From Synechococcus sp. (GTDB lineage Bacteria; Cyanobacteriota; Cyanobacteriia; PCC-6307; Cyanobiaceae): a stretch of DNA of 64,000 nt. The stretch's first letter is position 1, and each line of letters starts with the position of its first letter. The stretch is taken from the NCBI GenBank assembly GCA_047285805.1, contig JBJBCN010000002.1, positions 864,001 to 928,000 on the forward strand. The letters are read 5' to 3'. Shown piece after piece: positions 50,913 to 62,825 of this stretch. Below the pieces are notes generated by a model that had not been told where the DNA came from, searched no databases, and worked only from the letters and a program-made list of their open reading frames with translations. The position numbers and the translations under genes were made by a program.

Positions 50913-51914
50913 CTATTTCCAGCCGTTATCAACCATCAGTTTGAGTGCCGGCTTGAGCTGTTTCGCAAGATCGCTAATGGCAACACCATCTGGCTCAAGC
51001 TCGCCGTAATCCTTCAGCTTTTCAGAGGTGCCATAACCAACAAGAGGGTATTCAAAAGTTGAGCGAGCTAATGAGGCGCTACCACGCCTCGAAGTCAAAT
51101 ACTCAACCAGCCGGAAACTTTCAACGAGATTCTTTGCCGTCTTCGCGACTCCTACAGCACTGATATTTATATGCGCAGGCAAAGGAATAGTCAAGGCAAC
51201 GTCACGGGTCAATTCAGCATCTCTTGCACCATTTCCACCAGCCTGCATTCGCGCCATGTAGTAATGGTTGACCACGGCAACCCCACAATTGCCCTGAGCA
51301 ACAGCACGAATCAACGAAGTATCACTCGAGAAGAATGGCTGGGACACATTGGCAATCATTCCCTTGATCCACTGTTGTGTTGAAGCCTGTCCAAACAAAG
51401 CAATTTGACCGGCCACGAGAGATTGATTGTAGACATTTGCACGCTTTCTTAGGCATAACTCGCCCTTCAAACGAGGAGAGGATAGATCCCTGTATTGGCG
51501 AATCGAACTAGAATCAACGCGTTGCGTGTTAGAGACAATCGCTCTAACACGACGAGTTACACCAAACCATCGACCAGCGGGATCCCTGAAATTCGCAGGA
51601 ACTTGACGGCGAAGGACCTCTGAGCTCAAAGGCCTCAAGAGGTCCTGATCAGCTGCAGATTGAATCCGGGCAGCATCAACCAAAATAATGACATCTGCTT
51701 GGGAACGTTCGCCCTCGCGCTTGAGGCGTTCAACGAGCGACACACCTTTTGCCTCAAGAAGACGAACTCGAATGCCAGTCTCCTTGGTAAAAGCTTTATA
51801 AACCTTCCGATCCGAGTTGTAATGGCGTCCTGAGTAGACGCGAACCTCAGAGGCCCTCGAAGCGACGGGAAAGACAGACACAAGAGCAATAAGGGCCAAC
51901 ATGTATCGCCGCAT
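50913..51914 (-). CDS. futA: Fe(III) ABC substrate-binding protein (FutA/IdiA family)
   Basis: Signal peptide; 'VYSGRHY', 'ADV...VDA', 'YNQSLVA', 'VNHYY', 'HINIS', 'FEYP'. Confidence 0.85.
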   Translation of the reverse strand: MRRYMLALIALVSVFPVASRASEVRVYSGRHYNSDRKVYKAFTKETGIRVRLLEAKGVSLVERLKREGERSQADVIILVDAARIQSAADQDLLRPLSSEVLRRQVPANFRDPAGRWFGVTRRVRAIVSNTQRVDSSSIRQYRDLSSPRLKGELCLRKRANVYNQSLVAGQIALFGQASTQQWIKGMIANVSQPFFSSDTSLIRAVAQGNCGVAVVNHYYMARMQAGGNGARDAELTRDVALTIPLPAHINISAVGVAKTAKNLVESFRLVEYLTSRRGSASLARSTFEYPLVGYGTSEKLKDYGELEPDGVAISDLAKQLKPALKLMVDNGWK

Positions 51915-52032
51915 TGAAGTCAAGCCAAGGGACATATTTTACTTGAGCCAAGACTGCTCAGGTCCCTTGGAGCAACTGGCACCTCTCGGCATCCATAGAA
52001 TTGATTGCAGCTCATCCTTAACGGAAAGCGCA

Positions 52033-52701
52033 ATGGAAGCTCTAAGGACAGAACTGATCTCAGGCGGTGAAGCGAGGCGCTTGGAGCAGGAACTGATTCA
52101 GCAGCAGCAGGAGGACTGGAGAGATGGCTCACTCACTGCAGGACCTCACGCGGCCGAGGTCAAGAAGAACAAGCAAATGCATCCAGAGAGTGGTGCTTCA
52201 AAAAAGTTGTGCCGCTTTCTCCAAGAGAAGCTGGCATCAAATCCATTAACACAGGCTTATGCGATTCCAAAGCGGATTCACAGCATGATGTTTTCCAGAT
52301 CAGAGGTTGGGGACGGCTATGGATGGCATGTTGACAATCCATTTACCTCCTCAGGAAGACGAGACCTGTCGTTCACGATCGCCTTGAGTGATCCAGAAAG
52401 CTATCGAGGTGGTGAGCTCGAGATCCAATCCATTCAATCCCAAACCTCATTTGAGCTGGAACTCGGAGAAATCGTGATTTATCCCAGCTCATCCCTTCAC
52501 CGAGTCAAGACAGTGAGCAGCGGAATTAGGCACGTCTGCATCGGATGGATCGAAAGCTACGTCAAGTCGGCGGAAGATCGTCAAATCCTATTTTCTTTAA
52601 ATGCAGGGGCAAAGGGACTCCTTGCAAAGCATGGGAGGAGTGAAGAACTCGATCTTGTGTTTCAGGCTTACACCAATGCTCTACGAAGACTTTCAAGCTG
52701 A
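52033..52701 (+). CDS. Fe(II)/2-oxoglutarate dioxygenase (PiuC/YbiX/PKHD-type)
   Basis: 'W.DG..TAG', 'VK.N.Q', 'YGWHVDN', 'DLSFT..LSDP..Y.GGEL', 'YPSSSLHRV', 'WIESYV'. Confidence 0.9.
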   Translation: MEALRTELISGGEARRLEQELIQQQQEDWRDGSLTAGPHAAEVKKNKQMHPESGASKKLCRFLQEKLASNPLTQAYAIPKRIHSMMFSRSEVGDGYGWHVDNPFTSSGRRDLSFTIALSDPESYRGGELEIQSIQSQTSFELELGEIVIYPSSSLHRVKTVSSGIRHVCIGWIESYVKSAEDRQILFSLNAGAKGLLAKHGRSEELDLVFQAYTNALRRLSS

Positions 52702-52770
52702 TAGTACTGTGTTTACAGGGGCTCTTTATGGGTCAGAAAGTCCTATAATTGAGTCAAACCAATTACCCAA

Positions 52771-53001
52771 ATGAAAAGATCCCCTGCTGCAATTCTTTTG
52801 GCGGCGACAGCAGCTCTTTCGACCCAGGCAGCCATTCCTGCATTCTCCCAGTCTTCGCCTCAAGGAGGCTTTCAAGAGTGGACGACTGACCAAGAAGTTG
52901 ATGATGAGGCCAAGCCAGATGCTGAGCTAAAAGCTTTCAAGGAGAAAGCCGAGCAAGAAGAGGTTTGTGTGCCGATTGGAGAAGGTGAGAATTGTTGGTA
53001 G
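52771..53001 (+). CDS. Small secreted acidic protein ending 'CVPIGEGENCW'
   Basis: Signal peptide plus C-terminal two-Cys motif; located in the iron cluster. Confidence 0.7.
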   Translation: MKRSPAAILLAATAALSTQAAIPAFSQSSPQGGFQEWTTDQEVDDEAKPDAELKAFKEKAEQEEVCVPIGEGENCW

Positions 53002-53046
53002 TTCTTACTTCTGAAGCCCTCCTAGCCGAGGGCTGTTTATGGCAAT

Positions 53047-53072
53047 AAAAAAGGCCTCCTTTCGGAGGCCAG
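53047..53072 (-). terminator. Intrinsic terminator after the minus-strand porin
   Basis: GGCCTCC-TTTC-GGAGGCC hairpin with an A6 tract on the plus strand (U-tail on the minus strand). Confidence 0.75.
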
Positions 53073-53086
53073 TGATTCTGTGAGGG

Positions 53087-54697
53087 TCAGAATTTGAAGG
53101 TGGTCTTGACCAAAGCGCCAAGGGCGCCGAATGAATCAGCACCAGTTCCGCCGTAGGTATCGTTCGTGCCAGTCAGCTCACCGAAGGGGCGAGACAGGTA
53201 ATAGACAGCAGGAGTAACAGTGACGTTGTCAGACACTGCGTATTGGTAATAGAGCTCCATTGCGTAATTCCCGTCTTGGGGAGTTGTGTTGCCGGAGCGT
53301 CCTGTCTCAAACTGAGGCTGACCGATGGCAAAGCCTAGAAGGTTGCCCTTAACGAAAGCATCTTTCCATCCCAAGCCAACCATCCAGTCCTGAGTCTGGA
53401 ATTTTTCACCAGTACCGAATTCGGTTTCGGAGCTGTCAAAGGCAGTCAAACCCCAGCCTGCGCTGACTGCAGGAATCCAGCCACGGTTCTGAGGTTGCCA
53501 CCAGGCATTCAGAGCAACGGCATTTGCCGAATCAAATCCGCGTGATACGGATGTGTTGCCGCTCCCCACAACAGTGGTATTTGCACCGAGCGGTGTGCCG
53601 TAGCCGACAGTCGCACCCTTCTGGATGTAGGCATAGGCAGCAGTCAGGTTCCAAAAGTTGGTGCCATATCCAGCTTGAGCTAAGAATTTTCCTTTGGACT
53701 GATCTGTGCCAATACCACCATTACCATTGCCACCATTTTTCGCTGTGTAGTTTGCACTTACGCTAAAGCGTGGCATCCCACTTCCTTTGTAGGCTTGCTT
53801 CCAGCTGACACCGGCTCCAGGTGATGTGCTCGCGCCATAAACTCCGTAGTAACCGCCAAGCTTGAACTGTTTGAGGATGGGTCGATAAACACTGGGTGTG
53901 CTGCCCAGCATGTAGTAATTCTCGATCAGTGGTCCAACCCAGACCTTGAGCTCATTGCCAACTGGGAATTGATACCAGAGCTTGTCGACCTTAAGGATGT
54001 TGCCAGTCTCCTTGGCAACATTGAGCATTGTTTGGTTGCCTGTGTAGCCCTTGCCCGAGAAGAAGTTTTTGTTGAAGTTGCCAGACCGCAGTCTGGTGTA
54101 AAGGAGGTCTTTGCCCGTAAAGCTTGTATCGAGATTTAGGGTCAAGCGGTAGTTGAACGTGACAACATCTTGACCGGTGTACTTACCACTGGATGTTGTC
54201 AGACCTGAGGTATCACCCGTGTAGGCCCCCCCACCAACGACAAAATCAGCCTTGCCGCGTAACTTGGTAGTAGTGGAGAACTGAGTAGCTTCCAGTTCGC
54301 CGACGCGGGCCTCGAGGCCATCAACGCGGCCGCGGAGCACAGCCAGCTCACGCTCGAATTCCTTCATCAGGCGCTTGAGCTCGTCAGTCACCTCAGTGAT
54401 CCGGTCGAGGCAAGCGTTCAGCAGTGCGGCCGCTTCATAGCGGGTCATCGCACGGTTGCCGCGATAGGTGCCGTTGGGGTAACCAGCGACGCAGCCGTAG
54501 CGCTCGATCAGGTTGCTCAGTGCCTGATAAGCCCAGTCGGTGGGCTGCACGTCGGAGAACTGGGTGATCGAAGTCACCTGCTCTTCGACGCCGTACTGGC
54601 TCAGGCCAGCAATGTTGACGTCAGCGGCGTTTGAAGCGACAGGAGCCAGAAGGCCCAGTGCTGCAGGCGCCAGAAGAAGCTTCTGGAACAGTTTCAT
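53087..54697 (-). CDS. som: Cyanobacterial SLH-domain porin (Som/'iron uptake porin' family), copy A
   Basis: Signal peptide, SLH 'FSDVQPTDWAYQAL', coiled coil, 'QFSTTTKL', 'SFTGKDLL', terminal 'KTTFKF'. Confidence 0.93.
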   Translation of the reverse strand: MKLFQKLLLAPAALGLLAPVASNAADVNIAGLSQYGVEEQVTSITQFSDVQPTDWAYQALSNLIERYGCVAGYPNGTYRGNRAMTRYEAAALLNACLDRITEVTDELKRLMKEFERELAVLRGRVDGLEARVGELEATQFSTTTKLRGKADFVVGGGAYTGDTSGLTTSSGKYTGQDVVTFNYRLTLNLDTSFTGKDLLYTRLRSGNFNKNFFSGKGYTGNQTMLNVAKETGNILKVDKLWYQFPVGNELKVWVGPLIENYYMLGSTPSVYRPILKQFKLGGYYGVYGASTSPGAGVSWKQAYKGSGMPRFSVSANYTAKNGGNGNGGIGTDQSKGKFLAQAGYGTNFWNLTAAYAYIQKGATVGYGTPLGANTTVVGSGNTSVSRGFDSANAVALNAWWQPQNRGWIPAVSAGWGLTAFDSSETEFGTGEKFQTQDWMVGLGWKDAFVKGNLLGFAIGQPQFETGRSGNTTPQDGNYAMELYYQYAVSDNVTVTPAVYYLSRPFGELTGTNDTYGGTGADSFGALGALVKTTFKF

Positions 54698-54719
54698 TGG
54701 TCCTCACACCAATAGAGGA
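54288..54719 (-). repeat. Inverted repeat arm 1 (porin 5'UTR plus N-terminal coding region)
   Basis: Reverse complement matches 62826-63257 over 432 bp with 4 mismatches by manual comparison. Confidence 0.92.
54701..54710 (-). promoter_or_regulatory. Yfr1 sRNA seed-complementary site in porin A 5'UTR
   Basis: GGTGTGAGGA just 5' of the ATG, complementary to the Yfr1 motif ACUCCUCACAC. Confidence 0.7.
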
Positions 54720-55009
54720 GCCCTTACCAAAGCCGCTCGGACCCTATCCAAGCGGCGACTGAGGCAGCCCGCCAATAGGCACCAGGACACGTCGCAAATG
54801 TCACAGGCAGGCCTTAGGGAGAAGCGGCCAGATCAAGCCTTGAAGAAAAACAAGAAGACTCTCTATAGATCAGAGAGAAGATATTTAGAGGGACAGAAAC
54901 AAGAGCAAATACTCAGACCACAGATGGTATTGAGTGATACATTCAAGATGGACATAAGCGAGCCGACGCTTTCCATCCCCGTAAGAAGCCCAAGTAACCC
55001 AATAATTCC

Positions 55010-55216
55010 ATGGAAAAACGTCTTCTCAACCTCCGCGAGTCCCGCGACGTCCTACAACAACAACGCAGGAGAATTCGCGAAGAAAACCTGGCCAAAAACG
55101 CTTCCAGAATTTCAAAGCCCATCTCACTGTTTCAAGAAACAAGAGCCACATCCAAAAACACCGGGGTGATTCGGATCCTCAACCGCGTGGTTGCCAAGCT
55201 CACAAAAAGGCACTAG
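55010..55216 (+). CDS. Hypothetical basic protein (68 aa)
   Basis: ATG ORF only. Confidence 0.35.
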   Translation: MEKRLLNLRESRDVLQQQRRRIREENLAKNASRISKPISLFQETRATSKNTGVIRILNRVVAKLTKRH

Positions 55217-55493
55217 GTCGCCCAACCCACGTTGCAGTTGGGCCAAGAAAAAAGGCCAAGCACCGGCCCGACCTCTCCTCGCCAGAACCGAAGTCCCGCG
55301 CAGCACGTAGTTAGGACTGGCGACAGAAGAAATCGAAAGCAAACAGGCCGATCCAACACAATGCAGCTGAGAGCCAAAGGGCTCTCGCAATTCACAGGCA
55401 TCGAGAAGGTGATGCAGCCGCAATCAGTTGTGCCCCAGGCGACACCACTGATCATCCTGGCTTGCGAACACTGTGGTCAATCTGAACCCACAA

Positions 55494-56414
55494 ATGGGCT
55501 TTCCTGCCTTTGTTGCTCTACTGCTGCACTTCGCATAGGGGCTGCTGCTGAGCCGTATCCGCTTCTGCATGGTGGGGACTGTTGGCCAAGCCCTCCTGGG
55601 CGAATGGGCTGATACACAAGCCACCTTGATCATCTGCTCAATGATCACCGGTGTGCAGCTGCTCGCCGGGCTCGCCGAACACCGCCTCTTGGAGCATACG
55701 GCGCTCCATTGCATGTGCTCGCAGGAGGCCTGCTGTTTGGTGTCACAGCGGTCTAGAACAAAGGGTGCTTTGTCGTCACGAGTATTCAGCTGATGGCTGG
55801 CGACCTGCGCGGTTTGATCAGCGTGGCGGGCTGGATCCTGGGTTTTCGCCTCCTCGGCTCCCCCATGGTGGTACCCGCCCTGCCTTCGAGTGATGGCCGA
55901 GCCTTCATCACATTGACTGTCCTGGTGATTCCTCTGCTGGTTCTGCTGTGGAGAAACCGGCTGCGGTCATCCGCAGGCCTCCAGAAGCAAAGGTGGACTG
56001 GCGATCCTCCGTCCTTTGCAGCGTGATGTTGGGTTTGCTTGATAAGAACCTCTGGAAGTGGAATCCATCAGCCGTTGCCATGGCCCTGTCTCAACCCATG
56101 GCCCTCTTGTAGGCCTGGCAACAGGGGCAGGGGCATGTGGTCTTTGGCTTGATGCTCTTGGTCGGAATGCTTGCTAACGCGCTCATTCAACGGCGTTGGC
56201 GCTGGAGAGCGGTCGACTGGCGAGTCGACCCCGCCTTGGCTACAGCATGGCCATCGGGGCCGTCCCCGCTATGGGAGGCGATGAAACTCAATTGTTGCGG
56301 TACCTGCCCAATGGCTCGCCTAAAGGTTGGCTGGCCGTTCCAGCCATGGTGGTTGGAATCGTCGCGGGATTCAGATTGCTGAAGAGCTCAACATCAAACA
56401 GAACTGAGGCCTGA
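55494..56414 (+). pseudogene. YeeE/YedE (sulfur-compound transporter) family pseudogene
   Basis: 'FA*GLLLSRIRFCMVG', 'AGGLLFGV.AV*N', 'GCF....QLMAGDLRGL', 'MAIGA..AMGGDE.QLL..LP..SP' spread across frames with stops. Confidence 0.7.
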
Positions 56415-56655
56415 CAGCAACCGGCAGCGTAGCCATCGTGAGCCCAATAGTCTGATGCTCGATGGGAAAAGCTTCTGATCTGCGCTGTCGCCCTGATGGC
56501 CTTAGCCCCGTCCATCGCATGGAGAGGCAACGTGGACATCAACGAGTTCACCAATTAGCTAAATAAGGACCGACAAACAGAGCTGAACGCTTGCCGGGAA
56601 GAGCCATTGTCAGAGGATCAAGAAATCGATCCGGCCTGCTGGCACTAACGACCAT

Positions 56656-56685
56656 AAAAAAGCCGGCCTTTGGGCCGGCTTTTTT
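56656..56685. terminator. Bidirectional intrinsic terminator downstream of glnN
   Basis: AAAAAAGCCGGCC-TTTG-GGCCGGCTTTTTT. Confidence 0.85.
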
Positions 56686-56722
56686 GCGATCAAGGGATGC
56701 TGACTCGCCACAGGCTCGTCGC

Positions 56723-58891
<2,169 letters not shown>

Positions 58892-59245
58892 GGCCACTTT
58901 GGTATCAGTGTGACACCATCATCGGGGACGGCCTGCCAGCTAGCGCAGGGTGCGCCAGTCGCCAGTGGGCGTACGGCGCTCAAGGCCCACAAACTGGCTC
59001 ATCAATTGCTCCTGCCGCTCGACGGGGAATGCCGGATCGATCAGGCCCTGATGGACCAGCCAAGCCAATGCGGTGCTCTGGGCCAGCTCATGCTCTGAAA
59101 CAAATCATGAGCACTGGATGGGGCTCGCCGACTCGATGCGTCAGCCGGAATTCCACGGTGAAAGGACTCAAGAGGGTGATGGCTCCAAGCGTCGCCGCAA
59201 CGGCAGATCAGTGCAGCAACGCAGAACACAGCCGCGCGTGTCCCG

Positions 59246-59938
59246 CTAACTCAGCTCAAAGAGCAGCAGATCCACTCCCTCCGCTCCAGCCTCAAGGGAA
59301 GGCAGGGCCTTGCCGGCCAAGAGGCCCAGGCCATCGCCGCGGCTCAGGGGCTGAGGGGCCGCCAGGCCGCCGTTGATGATCTGAATCCAACTGGCGCATC
59401 GTTCGGAGGCCGGCCAAGGCAGTTGGGTTCCGGCTTCCACCTGCGCCCGCCAGAGCCGCACGGGCCGATGGATCGCCATCGCCTCGCCAATGGCTTCGGG
59501 ATCAATCAGAGGTGTCCAGCCCTGCTGCAGAGCGAAAGGTTTCTGTTCGTAGGCAGGGTCAATGCCGGCTGTGGCCGGTTCGATCCAGATCTGCAGCAGA
59601 CGGCAAGGGGCTTTCCCGCCGTTGAGCTCGCTGTGGACCACGCCAGTGCCGGCACTCATACGCTGCACTTCGCCAGCGCGCAGCACCTCGGCGTGGCCCA
59701 TGGAGTCGCGGTGGTGCAACTCTCCCTCGACCATCACCGTGATGATCTCCATATCCCGGTGCGGGTGCATGCCGAACCCCTTGCCCGCGGCAATCACGTC
59801 GTCGTTAATGACGCGCAGGGGACCAAAGCCCATCCAAGCCGGGTCGTAGTGGCTCGAGAAGGAGAAGCTGTGCCAGCTGTCGAGCCAATCGAGCTGGCTG
59901 TGAAAACGCTCAGCTGCAGGGCGCAACAGCGGGGGCAT
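59246..59938 (-). CDS. Pirin family protein (YhhW-like)
   Basis: 'WLDSWHSFSF', 'GFGMHPHRDMEIIT', 'QRMSAGTGVVHSE', 'LQIWI'. Confidence 0.92.
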   Translation of the reverse strand: MPPLLRPAAERFHSQLDWLDSWHSFSFSSHYDPAWMGFGPLRVINDDVIAAGKGFGMHPHRDMEIITVMVEGELHHRDSMGHAEVLRAGEVQRMSAGTGVVHSELNGGKAPCRLLQIWIEPATAGIDPAYEQKPFALQQGWTPLIDPEAIGEAMAIHRPVRLWRAQVEAGTQLPWPASERCASWIQIINGGLAAPQPLSRGDGLGLLAGKALPSLEAGAEGVDLLLFELS

Positions 59939-60447
59939 TACTGGGGGGCTTGAAGCGTCTGCAGTCTGGTGAGCAGATCCGCAATGCTGTCGTCCTTGGC
60001 CGGGTGGTTGGCGTTGCTGACCAGCTGACGGCCAACGACGTGGGAGCCCAAGTGCGCCAGCTGGAGGCGCAGGGCGGTCATGACCATGGTGCCACCACCG
60101 CCGGAGTGGGTGGCGATGACCACCGGCCGGCCATTGAAGAGAGTACGGAAGTCACTTCCCTGGACCGAGAGCCAAGCGATGGCGCTGGTGAGCACCGGCG
60201 GAATCGAGCCGTTGTATTCCGGGGCGCAGATCACCCAGCGAGAGGTATCCATGAGCTTCTGCTGGATAGCAGCCAAAGCCGCCGGAGTGCCCTGCTCCTG
60301 GGCCCGCGGCGTAAACAGCGGCAGATCAACAGCGGTCAGGTCCAGCACCTCAGCGCTGCGGCCTTGGCTTCGGGCGGTCGCCGCAAAGCGTTCCGCCAAC
60401 TTGAGGTTTTCCCCGTTGCTCGCGGCCAGGACGAGAAGGTCAGCCAT
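59938..60447 (-). CDS. NADPH-dependent FMN reductase
   Basis: 'APEYNGSIPPVL.SAIAWLS', 'THSGGGG'. Confidence 0.88.
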   Translation of the reverse strand: MADLLVLAASNGENLKLAERFAATARSQGRSAEVLDLTAVDLPLFTPRAQEQGTPAALAAIQQKLMDTSRWVICAPEYNGSIPPVLTSAIAWLSVQGSDFRTLFNGRPVVIATHSGGGGTMVMTALRLQLAHLGSHVVGRQLVSNANHPAKDDSIADLLTRLQTLQAPQ

Positions 60448-61673
60448 TACTTCACACCAGGGATAAAGCGACGCTCGTGGTCACCGCCCTTGAGCATCCG
60501 GTTCCAATAGACCCAGGGCAACACCGCGGTCTTCATGACCCACATGCTCCAGCGTTCCTTGGTGGGATCCAGGGGGAAGGAGGGAACGGGCTGCTGCTGG
60601 TAGTTGAACTCGGCCATGATCGTCTTGCCGTAACCGGTGATCAGCGGGCAGCAGCTGTAACCGTCGTAGGAACCCTGACCCTGGCCACCCTCGAGCTGGG
60701 CGATCAGGTTGGTCACTAGAACCGGGGCCTGACCGCGAACCGCGGCGGCGGTCTTGGAGTTGGGCATTCCGCTGACATCGCCAATGGCGAAGACGTTCGG
60801 GAAACGAACATGTTGGAGGTTGTGCTTACCCACCTCGACAAAACCACTGGAGGCAGCCAGGGGGCTTTGGGCGACGACGTCGGGGGCCGTCATCGGCGGG
60901 GTGACGTGCAGAAGCGCGTAGTTGATGACTTCCTCGCGGGGCTCTTCACCTTCTTTGCTGACCTTGAAGACCGCCTCTTTGCTGTCGGGACGGACTTCGA
61001 TCAGGGTGTGGGAGTAGCGGGCATCAATGCCCTTCCGCGCGACCACCTCCCGCAGGGGTACCGCATAGGTCGGAACCCCAAAGATTCCTGGGGTGGCCGT
61101 GGCGTAGATGACCTTGCTCTTGGCGGCGATCGCTGGATCGCGATTGATGGCGTCGACGGCCAGATAGGCGATCTTTTGGGGCGCCCCGGGGCACTTGATT
61201 GGCATCGGCGCGCAGGTGAAGACCGCGTTACCGCCCTTGAAGTTCTGGATGCACTCCCAGGTGTAAGCCGCGAAATCCTTGGAGTAGTTGCTGCAGACCC
61301 CGCCTTTGCCCAGGGCATCCGGGAGGCCCTTGATGGCATCCCATTTGAGCTTCATGCCGGTGGCCACGACGAGCGCGTCGTAGCTGATGGTTTGGCCGCT
61401 GCTCGTGCTGACGCGGTTGCTCTCAGGCGCGAAACCTGCCACGGACTCACGGATCCAGGTGACGCCAGCGGGGATCAGGCTGGCCTCATTTCGGTGGGTC
61501 TGCTCGAGGCTGAAGACCCCGCTACCCACCAGGGTCCAACCCGGTTGGTAGTAGTGATCGCTCGAGGGCTCAAGGATGGCGATATCCAAGGCCGGACGGG
61601 CTTTCTTGAGGCGAGCTGCCACCGTGATTCCGGCGGCACCGCCGCCTACGATCAATACCTGGTAGTGGCGCAT
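60447..61673 (-). CDS. sqr: Sulfide:quinone oxidoreductase (type II-like)
   Basis: 'GGGAAG', 'HYYQPGWTLVG', 'VCSNY', 'IKCPGAPQKI', 'SKTAAAV', 'YDGYSCCPL', 'AEFNY'. Confidence 0.85.
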   Translation of the reverse strand: MRHYQVLIVGGGAAGITVAARLKKARPALDIAILEPSSDHYYQPGWTLVGSGVFSLEQTHRNEASLIPAGVTWIRESVAGFAPESNRVSTSSGQTISYDALVVATGMKLKWDAIKGLPDALGKGGVCSNYSKDFAAYTWECIQNFKGGNAVFTCAPMPIKCPGAPQKIAYLAVDAINRDPAIAAKSKVIYATATPGIFGVPTYAVPLREVVARKGIDARYSHTLIEVRPDSKEAVFKVSKEGEEPREEVINYALLHVTPPMTAPDVVAQSPLAASSGFVEVGKHNLQHVRFPNVFAIGDVSGMPNSKTAAAVRGQAPVLVTNLIAQLEGGQGQGSYDGYSCCPLITGYGKTIMAEFNYQQQPVPSFPLDPTKERWSMWVMKTAVLPWVYWNRMLKGGDHERRFIPGVK

Positions 61674-61959
61674 GGCCGCCGAAAGAAGACGCGCTTATCC
61701 CAGATCTAACCAGAGGGGGCGAACTCGGCAGCCCTGCTTCGGGATTCAAAGCCGCAATAGATAAATCAGTAATGAGTCCAAGCGGCCGAGACCTAAGCGG
61801 AAATGCCCATTCAGCTTCTCTTACGCATAACGATTTCGACTTGACACCCATTGTTTCTGGGGTCGATGCAAGATCGATGGACCACGACAACTTGCAGAAC
61901 CTCGAAGCGAGCCCAGGTAGCGACCCGTGGTCCTATGCAGTGAGCTTCAGTGAAATCAA

Positions 61960-62547
61960 CTACTCGCCGGCGCCGTTGATTTCGATCACCCAGCTGCCCA
62001 GGTAGCCCGAGATCGGAACTGCACCAGGGGCCTGACCGAGGGCGTTGAACTGATACATCCCAGCGCTCGGGTTGAAGATCTGCATGTAGACGCCGATGGT
62101 GGACCCGGTCGGCACAGGCCGATCGGGGAAGATCTCAATCGAAGTGCCATCGGGGGTGACCTCCACAGTCGCCGGAATCGTCTCAAGACAACGGGTCCTC
62201 GAGACAACGCCGCCCTTCTTGATCGTGCAAAGACTCACGTCTGAGGGGTTGATCTTGGCGTCGAAATAGGAGGGAACGGAAATCGCGAGCTTCAGCAGGG
62301 CGGTTTTGCGGTCTTTCGGACCCAACACCAAGTAGTAATCCGAGCGAGCTTCCGCATCCGCCAGAGTCAAGAAGTAGTAAAGCTTCCTGAATTCGCGAGA
62401 GTTATCCCAACGAAACTCGAAGCCCGAGCTCGAGCCTGCCTGCGCGTAAGCGACTGGTGCTGACAAGGGAGCTGCCAGTGCCAAGCAAAACGTCGAGAGC
62501 GGCAGCAGACGTTTGATCAACTGGGTGGGGCTATTACGCATGGCCAA
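61960..62547 (-). CDS. DUF2808-family exported protein
   Basis: Signal peptide; 'FEFRWD...FRKLYY', 'EIFPD.PVP', 'NP..GMYQFN', 'YLGSW'. Confidence 0.8.
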   Translation of the reverse strand: MAMRNSPTQLIKRLLPLSTFCLALAAPLSAPVAYAQAGSSSGFEFRWDNSREFRKLYYFLTLADAEARSDYYLVLGPKDRKTALLKLAISVPSYFDAKINPSDVSLCTIKKGGVVSRTRCLETIPATVEVTPDGTSIEIFPDRPVPTGSTIGVYMQIFNPSAGMYQFNALGQAPGAVPISGYLGSWVIEINGAGE

Positions 62548-62665
62548 ACTTTATCGAGTGAAGCCCCATCCCAATCCAGGACAGCCGATCAACTGACTGG
62601 AGAAGAGAGTAGATCGCCTCAACAACAAGGAAGACGACCAAGGGATTGGAACGGGGTCCTACCAA

Positions 62666-62709
62666 CAGTTAAAGGGCGGTTAAGAGCGCTTAAACAAACA
62701 TTTAAGACC
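62666..62709. promoter_or_regulatory. Pho-box-like TTAA repeats between DUF2808 and porin B
   Basis: TTAA at 62669, 62680, 62690 and 62702; minus strand reads CTTAACCG-ccc-TTTAACTG (PyTTAAPyPy, 11-bp period). Confidence 0.4.
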
Positions 62710-62825
62710 CGCAATAGCGAGAACCAGTATGTATGCAGGCACACAATCTGCATACAGCCATGATTACCGAATGGTAATTTTTCGGCAGCTAATTTTCAGC
62801 TGACTCTTTTTTAAGTCGTCCCAAT

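Noticed and set aside
51940..52020. Fur box between futA and the dioxygenase
   Set aside because: Only weak partial palindromes are present, too degenerate to call without a PWM.
58901..58917. NtcA box upstream of glnN
   Set aside because: GTATCAGTGTGACAC does not fit GTA-N8-TAC spacing and lies only about 10 bp from the start codon.
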